A program made the position numbers and the translations under genes. Under the pieces are notes generated by a model. The model searched no databases. It was not told the DNA's origin and saw nothing but the letters and a program-made list of their open reading frames with translations. A DNA stretch of 63,988 bases, counting the filler, from Conidiobolus incongruus B7586 (lineage: Eukaryota), in NCBI GenBank assembly GCA_000697335.1. It is 6 parts of 6 records of this genome, joined end to end, with 100 filler letters (N's around TTAATTAATTAA, not from the genome) between each part and the next. Parts side by side here need not be neighbours in the genome. Positions count along the whole stretch, not along the records: positions 1 to 17,221 come from JNEM01000073.1; 5 more parts are not named here. One strand, written 5' to 3'. Position 1 is the stretch's first letter. Each line of letters starts with the position of its first letter. This document shows, piece after piece, positions 1 to 12,600 of this stretch.

Positions 1-2803
1 TTTCATTTTATAATTTACTTTTATGGGTTAATATAAAAAGGTTATTTAGATAATAATTAGTAAAATATTGATAGACTTAATTTAGTTAATCAAGTCCTTA
101 ATAGTATATCAAAATAAGGAAAGATATTCATTAAATAATAATTGTTATTATATTTATCCAATTAATATTTAAAATTTTAATAGTTAGAATAATTATTTTT
201 TAAAAAAATAAGCATATTTTTAGGTAATATATAATCAATAATAAATAAATTAATTTATAACAAAAATCCTTTTTATAAATTTAAATTAATAAACACTTAT
301 TCAAAAGCATATGTTAATCATTAAAATAGATTATAATATTATTTGGTTTATTCTTTAATTTTTAAAAGTTAATTAATAATTAAGAAGTTTTATATTAACT
401 ATTAAAAACAATAATTGCTAACTTTTGTTCTAATGTTAAATCAAATATACTTATTATTTTATATAGTTTTTTTGAAAATGAAAAAAATTAAAGGTACAAA
501 AGATTCCTTATATAAAAAATTAAAAAACGCTATAATATCTAGTATATTGACGATATTGAAATTTAAATACTTATAATTGCTTTAGGTAATTACAAAATAT
601 GTTTTCAAGAAAATCAATCCTAATTAGCAAATTAAACTAGTTTACAAAAGATTAAATTTTGGATTTTATTAAAAGTAGCCAATATTTAAGTATCAAGATC
701 TCGACAGATATATGCCAAAAAGTTATTAATATTAAAAAAGATATTAATTTTATATCTTATATTACGCTTTAGTAGACATTTATTAATAAATATATTAAAT
801 TATGATTTTAAAATATGTAATTATCTGATATTTATAATATAATTAAAATAATTCTGATATTGAAATGAAATATTTGTATTGATTTTTAAAATTATAACCA
901 CTTTCCTTAATAACAGACTATATGACTTTATTTATCTTATATTAATCACCTAATTGTAACTTTAATTTTAATTATAATATATTAGATATCATTTAATTTA
1001 ATTTTTTAAATCAAGCAAATAAATGTTAATAATCGTTAATATTATGTTCAAAATATTGATGATTGACTAAATCAAGCTATTATATATAATTATATTCTTA
1101 GACTAATCAATGATTTTTTTGGTTCATGGTTATAACTTTGTTTTAGCATTTTACTTGTATATTAATCAAAAAATATATAATATCAACTTTATTGATATCT
1201 ATTTTTAAATATAATAGTTATTAATGCTAATATCACTATAATTAATTATTTTATTATTTGTCAATGTAATTCAAAATATTGAATTAATAAAATGAATCTA
1301 GAATTATTAAAAAGTATTAAACGATAAATACTATAACGTATATAATTCAATTATTTTTCATCATTAGTCTAATTTTCACTTCATAATTTATATTATATTC
1401 TTAGAATTATAAAATTTATTTTTTATTGGTGATAATCTATATAACTAAATAACCGATATAATAGTTAAGTTGATAAATACTATTAAAATAATTCAAATAT
1501 ATATAAATTCAAGGTTGATATTTCTAATAAATTGGAAAAATCATATATTATTGTATATTACAGATATATAAATAGTTGCTAATTAACGAATATTTTTTGT
1601 ATTTAGATAATTTGTGTTCTTAAATTTAACAAAAAAATTAATTAGAAATTGAAATTATTAAAATATATATTATAATCAAACAAGTATAAAAATTATTTTA
1701 ATTTATAATATTCTTTTATATTTTGATCAATAGTTGATAAATAATATTATTATTTAAAATATTATAGTGAGTGTAGATATAAAGCTTCGTAGATGAATTA
1801 TTAATAACTCAATAACATAAATTTCCAAATTAAAATAATATAAAAATAATTATAAAAAGAATTTTTATTTTTTCTAAAATTTGATTTGTGACATTTCGTA
1901 TAATATTGAATTACTTATGATTTTTGAATAAGTAATCAAATTTGTATTTTCCAACAAAATTTGTAAAATATTTAATTTTCGATATAGGTCAGTTATATAT
2001 TAATCAACCAAAATGATTATATGCAACTGAAATAATAGATTGATTTACGAATTAAAAATTAAAGCAAGAACATAAGGTTGAAGATACAAATATTTCAATA
2101 TTTGTGAATATAACCTATAATATCGTTTTTAACTTTAACACATTCAAAAAATTCCAAATGATTCCATAGTCGTGATAATTTTATTTTGCTTGAGTAATAG
2201 ATAGTATTAAATATCTGAAATTGGACATAATGCATGGGTAAAATGAATAAATCACTGAAAATAAGAATATTGTAAAATATTGGGAAGGCTATTTATTATA
2301 TTCCGGAAATATGAATTAAATCGGAATTAATTTTATCCTAAATATGAAATTGATATCTAATTGATGATGATTTCAATTTAAGATTTATAATGATTACAAT
2401 TTTTATAGTTTTAACAGGTTAATATTCTTCAATTCTCTCAACTTTCATTTAGAAACAACCAATGTCCAATTTTTGATAAAAATTTCTAAGATCGCATATT
2501 ATTACTAAAAATTAACATGATTTGATTAAGTTACTAAATTTGGTATTTCATAATATTTCAATAATTGGATGAATTGAGCAATACATCAAGAAAGGTATTG
2601 GAAAAAAAATATTACTAGATATAGTAATATGAAGTCATTATCCCAAAATTAAATTTGATTTCAATTAAGTTCAGAAAAAATTATATTTCATTGATTAATT
2701 TCATGGTTCATCCGTGTGAATTCAAATCAAATTTGTATTATATCAAACTAGAAATTTCATTCTTACAGTTGATATTTCAAAGAAAATTGGATTTTTTAAT
2801 ATA

Positions 2804-4462
2804 ATGAAATTTAGTATCACATCAACTCTAGCACTGCTAGCTAGTACAGTATCTTCTCAATCTATCCCCATCGACTCTAAACCCCTGCACATCGGTGTCT
2901 CAATGGGATGGGCCACCCGATCGCATATAAAGTATCTGTTAGACATTCTGGAACTCGTCAGTGCCAAAGGCCATCGCGTTACTTACGTCTCCATAGACAA
3001 TTACAAAAAATTTGGGAAAGGGTATAATGTTACGCACTTCAGTCTTGGAAATATCCCTATCGAAGTAGATGATTTAGTAGTGGATATTGATCCCTTTGCG
3101 AGTGATATGAAATTAATGAATTCTTTAAAATTGACAGCTCCGGTATTCGCTGACTTTTACTCCAAAACATTCGAAAATCATGAAAGATTTTATAAAGATA
3201 ATAGACCTGATTTGATGATTTGTGATTTTGTCGCCAGTCAATGCATTGAAAGTGCTGTTAAGAATGCCATTCCTTTGATTATTGGGTATCAGTCTTTGAT
3301 CTATTCAGCTCATGCTCCTTACTTGACAATGTTAGGGGGATTGGAGCCTACCACACTCGAGGGACAATCTTTTATTGATAGATTTAGACATAGCGTCATT
3401 GACAGATTCCAAGTATTGAGAGATTATTTCGGTGCTATCGCCGCTTGGGACTACGTAAGAGAGAAGTATGGTATCCCCAAGCGTTATGCATTTCCTGCAT
3501 ACGATTATATGGGACTCGGATTGGTGAATACATTTATTGGATTGGAAAACCCTAGAAAATTACCATCCCATATTCATTTGATTGGACCTATTCTCAGTGA
3601 TGAACATCCTCCAATGGACGAAGAGTTAAAGCAATTTATGGAAAAGCACTCCAAAGTTTTATACGTTGCATTCGGTTCAGTAACCCAAACCAGACCCAAA
3701 TTAGCTCAGTACTTACTCAAAATTTTCCAAAGAGCCCTCGATGAAGGAGTAGTAGACAGTATTGTTTGGGGTGGTTTATCCAATTTTACATTGAATAGAT
3801 TCCCAACAACTTACACTCTCAACGGTAAAGAATATTCTACTCAATCCATGCTCGACGGCACCCACGAAAAGATCAAATTCATGCAGTGGGCGCCTCAAGA
3901 AGCTATCCTAAACCATCCCAACACGAAGCTTTTCCTATCTCACGGAGGTCTTGACTCCGTATTCGAATCTTTGAATGCTGGAACGCCCATGCTAATCCTA
4001 CCCTATCTTGGCGACCAACCCAGCAATGCTATGCTAATCACCGAACGTGGCATTGGGGACTATATCGAATATCCTAAGATGACGAACGAAGAAGTGTACA
4101 AAAAAATTGCTAGATTGATGGATCCCAACAATCTTGAGCTCCAGTCCAAAGTGAAGCAAATTCAACTGATTACTAAGTTCAACAGCCAGAGGAAGCAAAT
4201 GGCAGCTGATCTGGTAGAGACCTACGGCCTTAGTGCTCAAGCTTGCAGATTGTCAGAGAAACCCAAACCATTTGAAATACCATGCGAAATGAGACCATAT
4301 CTGCCTCTGGATCACAAGATTAATTGGTTGAAGGCCAATTTGATCGATGTTTACTTGGTTGCTATTTCGGCTTTTTGTTTGATAGTATTTAGTGGATTTT
4401 ATTTAATTGTTAAATTTGTAAAAGTAATTTTAAAAAATTCTAACAAGCAAAAAACTGAATAA
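2804..4462 (+). CDS. UDP-glycosyltransferase (GT1/UDPGT family), membrane-anchored, copy 1
   Basis: 552-aa intronless ORF. N-terminal signal peptide, catalytic RSH and ICD motifs, UGT signature WAPQEAILNHPNTKLFLSHGGLDSVFESLNAGTPMLILPYLGDQ, C-terminal TM helix, KQKTE dilysine-type tail. Confidence 0.95.
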   Translation: MKFSITSTLALLASTVSSQSIPIDSKPLHIGVSMGWATRSHIKYLLDILELVSAKGHRVTYVSIDNYKKFGKGYNVTHFSLGNIPIEVDDLVVDIDPFASDMKLMNSLKLTAPVFADFYSKTFENHERFYKDNRPDLMICDFVASQCIESAVKNAIPLIIGYQSLIYSAHAPYLTMLGGLEPTTLEGQSFIDRFRHSVIDRFQVLRDYFGAIAAWDYVREKYGIPKRYAFPAYDYMGLGLVNTFIGLENPRKLPSHIHLIGPILSDEHPPMDEELKQFMEKHSKVLYVAFGSVTQTRPKLAQYLLKIFQRALDEGVVDSIVWGGLSNFTLNRFPTTYTLNGKEYSTQSMLDGTHEKIKFMQWAPQEAILNHPNTKLFLSHGGLDSVFESLNAGTPMLILPYLGDQPSNAMLITERGIGDYIEYPKMTNEEVYKKIARLMDPNNLELQSKVKQIQLITKFNSQRKQMAADLVETYGLSAQACRLSEKPKPFEIPCEMRPYLPLDHKINWLKANLIDVYLVAISAFCLIVFSGFYLIVKFVKVILKNSNKQKTE

Positions 4463-4848
4463 AAATCCCAATTCTAATACAATAAGCACTTATTCAAAAC
4501 AATTTTTTCCCTCAAGCTGTTTAATATTTGATAATTATTACATCGATTTCTTTTAAGATATATTATCTATATAATTCTATAGAATGTTTACTAAATATTT
4601 ATAAATTCATTTGATGAATATAGAGGTATTATGAAAATTAATTCATTTTTTTAATATCCAGTTCAAAAACTATTTAATGGAACGCACAACCCATAATTAT
4701 TAGGATTAGAACTCCACGATATCATGAATAAATGGATAAACAAATTAAGGTTAAATTAAACCTAAATTAACCTCCATTTCACTAATCCATTGCAAATTTA
4801 TCAAATATTATAACGCTAATTTTTAACTTAATATCCTAATATATTGTT

Positions 4849-6513
4849 ATGAAATTACAATTTTTAGGATATTTATTATCTCTGTCCACTACAATCCTAT
4901 GCCAATCGGTCCCAATCTTAGATGATAAACCTTTACACATTGGTATCTCTATCACATTCGCTACAAGATCCCATATCAAGTACATATTGGAAATCACGAA
5001 ACTCTTAAATGATAAAGGTCACCGCGTCACTTACTTAAGCATTGATCAACTTGGACAATTCTCAAATGGCTATAATGTAACACACTATAGTTTGGGCAAG
5101 CAAGAGATTTTGAGTGAAAATTTTGGCGATATGAAGCCATTCACAGGTGCAGATGCATTTGACAAAGGATTCGATGCGATGGTCAAGACATTCGCGGAGA
5201 TCTACGACGATTCCTTCCGAAATTACGAGAAGTTTTACGGTGAGGATAGGCCCGATGTAATGATTTGCGATTATAATGCTAGTAGTTGTATTGAATCGGC
5301 CATCAAACATGGTGTTCCTTTCGTTATCGGTTATCAGTCTCTCATCTTTGCTGCTAATGCACCCTACGTTACGTTGAGTGGTCTTTTGGAGCCTACCACC
5401 ATTGAAACCCTTGGATTTTTGCAAAGGTTGAAGCACGGATTGATAGATCCCTTAATGAAAGTGAAGACCAATTACCCATTCATGAGATCGATTGCACCAC
5501 ATCGCAGGAAGTATGGTGTACCCGAAACTTGGCAATTCCCTGTTTACAGTCACTTGGGATTGGGTATTGCCAACTCATATGTAGGATTTGAGCAACCTAG
5601 GAAAATTTCGAGTCATATTCATTTAGTGGGACCTGTTTTAGACGATACTGTACCTGAGTTACCCAACGATATTAGAGAATTCTTGGATGCCAAGCCTAAG
5701 GTAATGTATGTGGCATTTGGCTCTATGATTCGAATGATACCCGAATTAACTATCAATTTATTACAACACTTCCAAAAGCTCTTGAATGAGGGACATATTG
5801 ATGGGATCATTTGGGGAGGTCTCAAACATAACAATTTTGAAGATTTCCCAAAAACTTATATATTGGACAACAAAGAATACAGTACATCAAGCATTTTTCA
5901 AGGAACTCACCCTCAAATCAAATTGATGAAATGGACCCCCCAAGAATCTATATTAAATCACGCTAATACAAAATTATTCCTCAGTCACGGAGGCTTGGAC
6001 TCTGTTTACGAATCCCTCAACTCCGGAACACCTCTTATCGTCCTACCATTCTTTGGGGACCAACCTCGCAACGCCATGCTGATTACAGAGTATGGAGTAG
6101 GTGACTATATCGAATGGCCTACGATGTCTCCAGATTTGATATATTCTAAATTTGTCAAGTTATTAAATCCTGAGAATCTCGAATTGAAGTCCAAAATCCA
6201 ACAATTACAGCTTATTACTAAACTCAGTGCGAAACGCAAAACCTTAGCAGCTGATTTGATAGAGACTTACGCTATGAGTGCAAGAACTTGCAGAGCTTAT
6301 GCAACTCCCAAACCATTTGAAGAAGTGCCTTGCGAGATGAAACCGTTCTTGCCCTTGGACTACACGATGCCATGGTGGCAAGCAAATTTGTGGGATTGTT
6401 ATCTAGTGTTTGGTCTGTTAACCACCTTTGTAATAGTTGGTATTTTTGTTAGTATTTGGAAAGTCTTTAAATATTTATTCATAATTACCAAATCCAAAAC
6501 TAAAACTGAATAA
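4849..6513 (+). CDS. UDP-glycosyltransferase (GT1/UDPGT family), copy 2
   Basis: 554-aa intronless paralog. Signal peptide, RSH, signature WTPQESILNH...HGGLDS...PFFGDQ, TM helix, KTKTE tail. Confidence 0.95.
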   Translation: MKLQFLGYLLSLSTTILCQSVPILDDKPLHIGISITFATRSHIKYILEITKLLNDKGHRVTYLSIDQLGQFSNGYNVTHYSLGKQEILSENFGDMKPFTGADAFDKGFDAMVKTFAEIYDDSFRNYEKFYGEDRPDVMICDYNASSCIESAIKHGVPFVIGYQSLIFAANAPYVTLSGLLEPTTIETLGFLQRLKHGLIDPLMKVKTNYPFMRSIAPHRRKYGVPETWQFPVYSHLGLGIANSYVGFEQPRKISSHIHLVGPVLDDTVPELPNDIREFLDAKPKVMYVAFGSMIRMIPELTINLLQHFQKLLNEGHIDGIIWGGLKHNNFEDFPKTYILDNKEYSTSSIFQGTHPQIKLMKWTPQESILNHANTKLFLSHGGLDSVYESLNSGTPLIVLPFFGDQPRNAMLITEYGVGDYIEWPTMSPDLIYSKFVKLLNPENLELKSKIQQLQLITKLSAKRKTLAADLIETYAMSARTCRAYATPKPFEEVPCEMKPFLPLDYTMPWWQANLWDCYLVFGLLTTFVIVGIFVSIWKVFKYLFIITKSKTKTE

Positions 6514-8445
6514 TTATAAACAATATTAAAATTATTTATTTGGTTGAATTAAATTTAATAGAATATATACAACTAAGAATTTTATTACTATCTTCATATT
6601 CGTTAAAAATTCTTTTCTCAATAAATTATATATATATATATATATATTTAATTGAATTTAAAACTTGGAAATAAGAAATGTTCTGGTTTGGTTTTTATTA
6701 GTTGTTTATAAATATAACAAAATTTTTTAAATTAATTTGAAATGATTTAAGAGCTAAATATATAATGATAATTTTTCCCAATTATATTATTACATTATAT
6801 TTAATATATTCGATAATATGTGGTTTAAATACAATGTCTTGAGATTTTATTCATTGCACAGAGTTTGTATTGCAATAAAATAATTGATATTGAAAAACAT
6901 ATCATAAACAAACAAAAGTAGTTCCTAAATCAGACTATTTTAAGAATCTGGTGTAAAATAGATATTATGGCAAAAATATTTGCTATAATTTATAGCTTGG
7001 AGTAACATTTAAATATTAGAATTTTAATTCTACATTTCAGTGCATATTTAATCATTGTATATTATTTTGGTATTTGATAAACTGATATAATATAGTGAAG
7101 TAATAATTATACATGAATCCAATTGAATAATGAGAATTGCTACGATACATCATATTGTAATTTGCTACAATTCTATATCCAAGATTGTATAATGTCATAA
7201 CACATATTTTTATATATCTATCTGGAAATCACTTTGAATATGAGCAATTCTAAGTTAAGAACTTAATTACAAAACAAAAATATTATTATTTTTATTTAAT
7301 TATCTTTAGTTTAATAAACGGTATATAAATATACAAACTATGATAATATTATTGATAATATTCTTTAAATAAAATATACTCTGTTTAATTGCAATTAGAA
7401 TTTAATTTTTGAGTATATATTTGATTTAAAAAATATTAATGAGATCACTTTAATTAGAATCACTCATATTAAAATGGTTCATAAATTTTCTATTGAAAAA
7501 TATATGCATAATGATAGATATTTGATGTGTCGTTTGATTCAATATATCAATAAAAAATTTCGATAATATTAGTAAAATAATGCATAAATCAGTACGACGC
7601 GTGTAATATGTATAACAAACCATCAAACTAAATACTCGACATTTAAAACTCATATCATTATGAATTAATTATTTCTGTGAATTAAAATTATATTTGTATA
7701 TTTTTTCTGTATTGTGAATTATGAAAACGTTTATTTATTAAATAATTGTGAGTACAATTGAAACACAAAATGGTAGAATGATTTAGCCAACATGAAATTT
7801 TAAATGATTAATAATTATCAATATTAAATATAGTATAAGGTAATCCATAAAGTAAATGGCATTACAAATATGAAAACCTACCTACTGGTTTGAAAAACAA
7901 AATACGGCATAAATAATCTATATAGGAGCAACAGAATAATAAAATCAATATTTTTAAGTCAATTCAAAAATTGAATTTCATTATGTAAATCAGAATGTGA
8001 TCAATTAAATTTTCCAATATTTGGAATAATTGTGATTTGTGAATATATAATTGTACTTATTCATGTTAATATTCAGCTAAGTATTACTTCTACTATTATT
8101 CCATAGTATAATAGTAAGTGATAATTTTTTAAATAAAATAATTTATAAAAAATCAAACTACAAAATAACAATTTATTTCAATAGTTTAATTAGATATTAT
8201 CTTTTTCTTATCATAAAATTTACATATCTATAATAAAAAGTTTTCAAATCTATTTAAATTTTTGAGATATGTATCCTTTACAAAAATGTTTGAACTACAA
8301 AACTAATGATTTTGTCAATTCAATATATTTCAATATAGAATAACCCAATTTAACTTTTTTGATATTTAAACACTAGTCTTCAAATTTTGTTTACAGGAAA
8401 CATAAAGTTGAATATTTTTAGGATTTAATAGTGATTTGAATTAGA

Positions 8446-9992
8446 ATGAAAAAATCGACATTAGTAAAGTCAAACTTTTTATATTTCTGCCATTATCATT
8501 TTAGTGAACCGATCTCTTATCCATTGTTCGCGGTATATAACAGCAATTTTTGCTAAGTGAGGACATAAATGTCCTATATGTCAATCACGATAACGAAGAA
8601 ATTAGAAAACAAGCATAATGCCACCCAATATCTGAAAGATTTTGATACCAATAACAAGTATTTGAACTACAATTATTTTACTAAGATAGACGTCACTTTT
8701 AATTGAGTAACCAAAAAATTCGCACAATTACCTAAAATTTATAATCAAAAACGGACCTGATTATAAGCGGCTTCTTATCAGGCACTTGTATGAACTTCCC
8801 TCCCCCCCCCAAAGCATTCTATACCTATGATGATTGATTTTAAATCTCTAGATGTTGCTTAATGCACATTTTATTTGACATTGAGCGGCTGATTGTGCCC
8901 GAAAACAATCAAATATTTTACTTTTGCAGAGGGATATAAGTATGATATTATCAACAAACCAAAAATAATTATGGATTACTATCTTCAAAAATAAGTATCA
9001 GCGAAGCCAAACAATACCATCAGGTTTTTACCACCCTGAGTATAATGGAATTTTCTCCAAATCAGGTTTAGATCTTGTAAGGTCATATATTGGTTTATAT
9101 GATATAAGAAGCCTGTCAACTCACATTTTAACTGTTGGTCCTACAATGTCGAACTAATTACCTACTTTATCCTGAGATCTTCAATTTTTTAGATTAACCA
9201 AAGTATTATATGTAGCTTTAATTTCCAAGGCTTAGCTCATACTCGATTTAGGAATCAATTGGCTACATCATTCCCAGTGACTACTTAACAATAGTAAGCT
9301 CGATAGGATTATATGGGGCGTTTGGCAAAGACTAATTTAGAAGGATATCCCAACACTTTTACAGTTGATAATGCTGAATACGCCACCGAATCCATTATCA
9401 AGGGTAAAAATGAAAAATTTGAGTTACTCAAATTGGTACCACAAGAAGTCATATTGAATCATCTTCTACTATATTGTTTAAGTGGCATGGAGGTCATCAA
9501 AGTGTCAGTAAATCGATTCAATTTAAGGTGCCTAAAATAAATATGTCATATGCAGCTGACTAACTCCGTAATGACAAACTGATCACTGAAAGAGATATAG
9601 AAAACTATACTTATGACCAACGGGTGGGGATAGCTTGGTTTACAAAAATTCACCCAGCCACTAGATCCTAACAATAACAAATTACAGTGTCAATAAGCTA
9701 ATATCAATCAATTAATAAGTTAGCTAAAAAGGTAAATCAATGTCAGCTCGCTTAAATGAATTGTACATATTTAACCTGAAGGCTTGAAGAACTGTTGAAA
9801 TCCATACTCCTTTTGAAGTACCAAGGAAAATTAACATTTTCTTATCTACGGTTCAATCTATCTCACTAACCAAAGCCAATTTAATTTATGTTCATTTTGT
9901 ATTTGATTTGCTTGTTATTCTTATATTGATTATAAATTGTAAATTCAATTTCTGATTTGAAACAGCTATCGACTGAAATCAAAACTGTGTAA
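8446..9992 (+). pseudogene. UGT pseudogene (copy 3)
   Basis: Frameshifted and stop-riddled but collinear with its neighbours. ORF 9313-9540 reads YPNTFTVDNAEYATESIIKGKNEKFELLKLVPQEVILNH versus FPKTYNVDNVEYSTESILNGSNENFILLKWAPQDSILNH in copy 4. PFEVP and KANLI remnants are present and it ends KIKTV-stop. The start is approximate. Confidence 0.9.
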
Positions 9993-12600
9993 CTTAATAT
10001 ATTGTTATTAATTAAAAATTTTTCTATTCAAAGAAAAAAGTGTTTTCATAGAAATAAATAAATAATTTCTATTTCAACTCAAAACTTTAATTTGATTCAA
10101 TTTACTCTATAATATATAAAATATTTCAATTAAATATTATTATATTTTTTAAAAATTGCTTTAATAATTTTATCATTTTCTTTCTCAAGAAGTCACAGAA
10201 TTAACCTAATATATGGGACTATTTTGACACTTTTCCATGAATATAATATTAATTATCCAAATATTCTGATGAATGTTTTATAAACATAATATTTAGTGTA
10301 ATTAGAATTTCTTTATTATTTTGCTTGAATAACTTAAATTCGTTCAAAAAATGTATAATATTTTGATTTAAACATATCTTTAGTTATAGTATTGCCTTTA
10401 ATATATATTGAATATTTATTATATAACATATTTTAATAGAGTTATTTTTTCCTTTAATTTTATAAAATAATTTTTATAACCTAACATCATTGATGATAAT
10501 AGTTTAAAATTAATAAAATACAATTGAAAATATTCTATATTATATTATTGATTTAAATTAATATATATCGAATTGGTTAGATCAATTCAATATTCTCACT
10601 CTCGTTGATACAATGAAAATAAATAACCATACTATTAACAAAATAGTTTTGTATATATGCTCTAATAGAATGGAATCAAAGGTATTTGTGAATATATTTA
10701 ATCCAGGATTTATAAATCAAACGTTTCATTTCAGATTAAAAAGGCCATTAGAAATTTGTTATAAAAATATCATTAACCACGATACATTTTTAAATAGATT
10801 ATAGACAATCTTTAATAAGATGTTTCCAACAAATACACAGTGGCTTTAATTATTACTTAAATTTCTAAAACATCAGCTCTTCAACTTTCGAACTCGTTGA
10901 AATCATTTTCAAGATATTTGACATTCTTGAAATGTGATTTAAATTAATATTTTTAAGAAAAAGTTTTAACGATGAAAACCAAATGAATATGTATATGTCA
11001 TATTTTATATAAAATTTTACATTTTAACTCTATATCTTAAAGAAATAATGTTTTAAAGTTTTCATAATCAAGTTTGAATTGAAAAATACTATCATATTAT
11101 CAATAATTTATTTCGACAAAATAAAAAAATTATAAAATGAATTGATATTAATGAACTTTGTTATTGTTAATACTTCTATATTGTAAATGTAATATAAAAT
11201 TTCTATATATAATCTGTGAATAGATATTTTTTCATAAATATTGAATCTACTATTATTAAATCATTTGAAATATATACCATTGGTAATAATTGCAATAACC
11301 TTTAATATTGGTCAGATAAATTTAACTTTATGACTATATATTGTTGAATTTAAATAATAAATTCCTAATTTACATTATAATTGAAATATATTTATTAAAG
11401 GTAATATGATATTTATAAGAAATATTAAAACTACAATATTGCTTCCAATAATTGAGTTCTATATTTATCAAAATACAAGATAAAATTCAATGACAATTAT
11501 AATGATAAAATAAATATTTAGATTAATATTCGTATTGTTTCATTTATACTATATGGTTACTGACGCGTTTGTCATATTATTATAAAAGAGTAAAATCTAT
11601 ATCTTTTAATAGTTATGATAGAATTATATCAAGAGGTAAAAGCTTTAATAAATTAATCCCAATTTAATATAATACATTATTTGTTGTCTTGAATCTTGTT
11701 TTGTATTTATTTGATAATATAATCCAGCAAGTTGGAAAATATAGCTTTGTATTCTAATAATATTATATCCATAGAGGAACAAAGAATAAATGGCTGATTA
11801 TTAAAAACTGTCTTCGATACATGTTTGAATTTTATATTTTGAACCAAGCGCATATGATCAGTCGTATTCATATATGATGATAACTTTCCAAACAATTGTT
11901 TTTATAGTAATATTGATTTTATTAAGTTATTTTATCCAAACATTTTAATATTGATTTTTTCCTCTATAGTTACATTCTTCATAGTTAATTTATAAAAATT
12001 TTTCCTTTCATATTCATTTTCCATGAAAATATAAAATGCATTAAATTCTAAATCTTATGGGAAATTATAAGAATTAATCATAAAATTAGCATACATTGAC
12101 AAGTTTTTCACAATCACAAAATATCGTTTGTGAATTATTAATATGATAGATGCTTTGAATTATATAATTTTACACATATTGACCATAGTAATAAGAGTCG
12201 TAATGCTCTAATATTTTGATTATTAATAAAATTATTATTAATGTATAACTTGATTTCATTTTAATGTAAATTTTATCAAAATTGAATTGTGAACATTTTC
12301 AAATTCACTTTAAATTAAATCGATTAGATGATTTGATAATTAAGTTTTCATCATTTCTCACAAATATTACAATTTAAACCTAAAATGAACAAAGTAATAT
12401 CAACCCGCATGGATAACCCGTAAAATTTAGGAGTTGGCAGTATTTAATTTCATCGCCCAAGTTTTCCCGGAAATAAAAGATTAATATTTTTAAATTTTTA
12501 TTTAAAATTTAATAAAATATTAGGAACCAAATTTAGAAAATCAGAGACTGACTGTAGTATATAAATGCTGTAATTTCAGGTAAGATTTAATGACAGAACA

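Noticed and set aside
1..560. Possible further mariner relic on the minus strand
   Set aside because: Only vague motif resemblance and too eroded to support without an alignment.
4034..5834. Minus-strand ORFs within UGT copies 1 and 2
   Set aside because: Antisense shadows.
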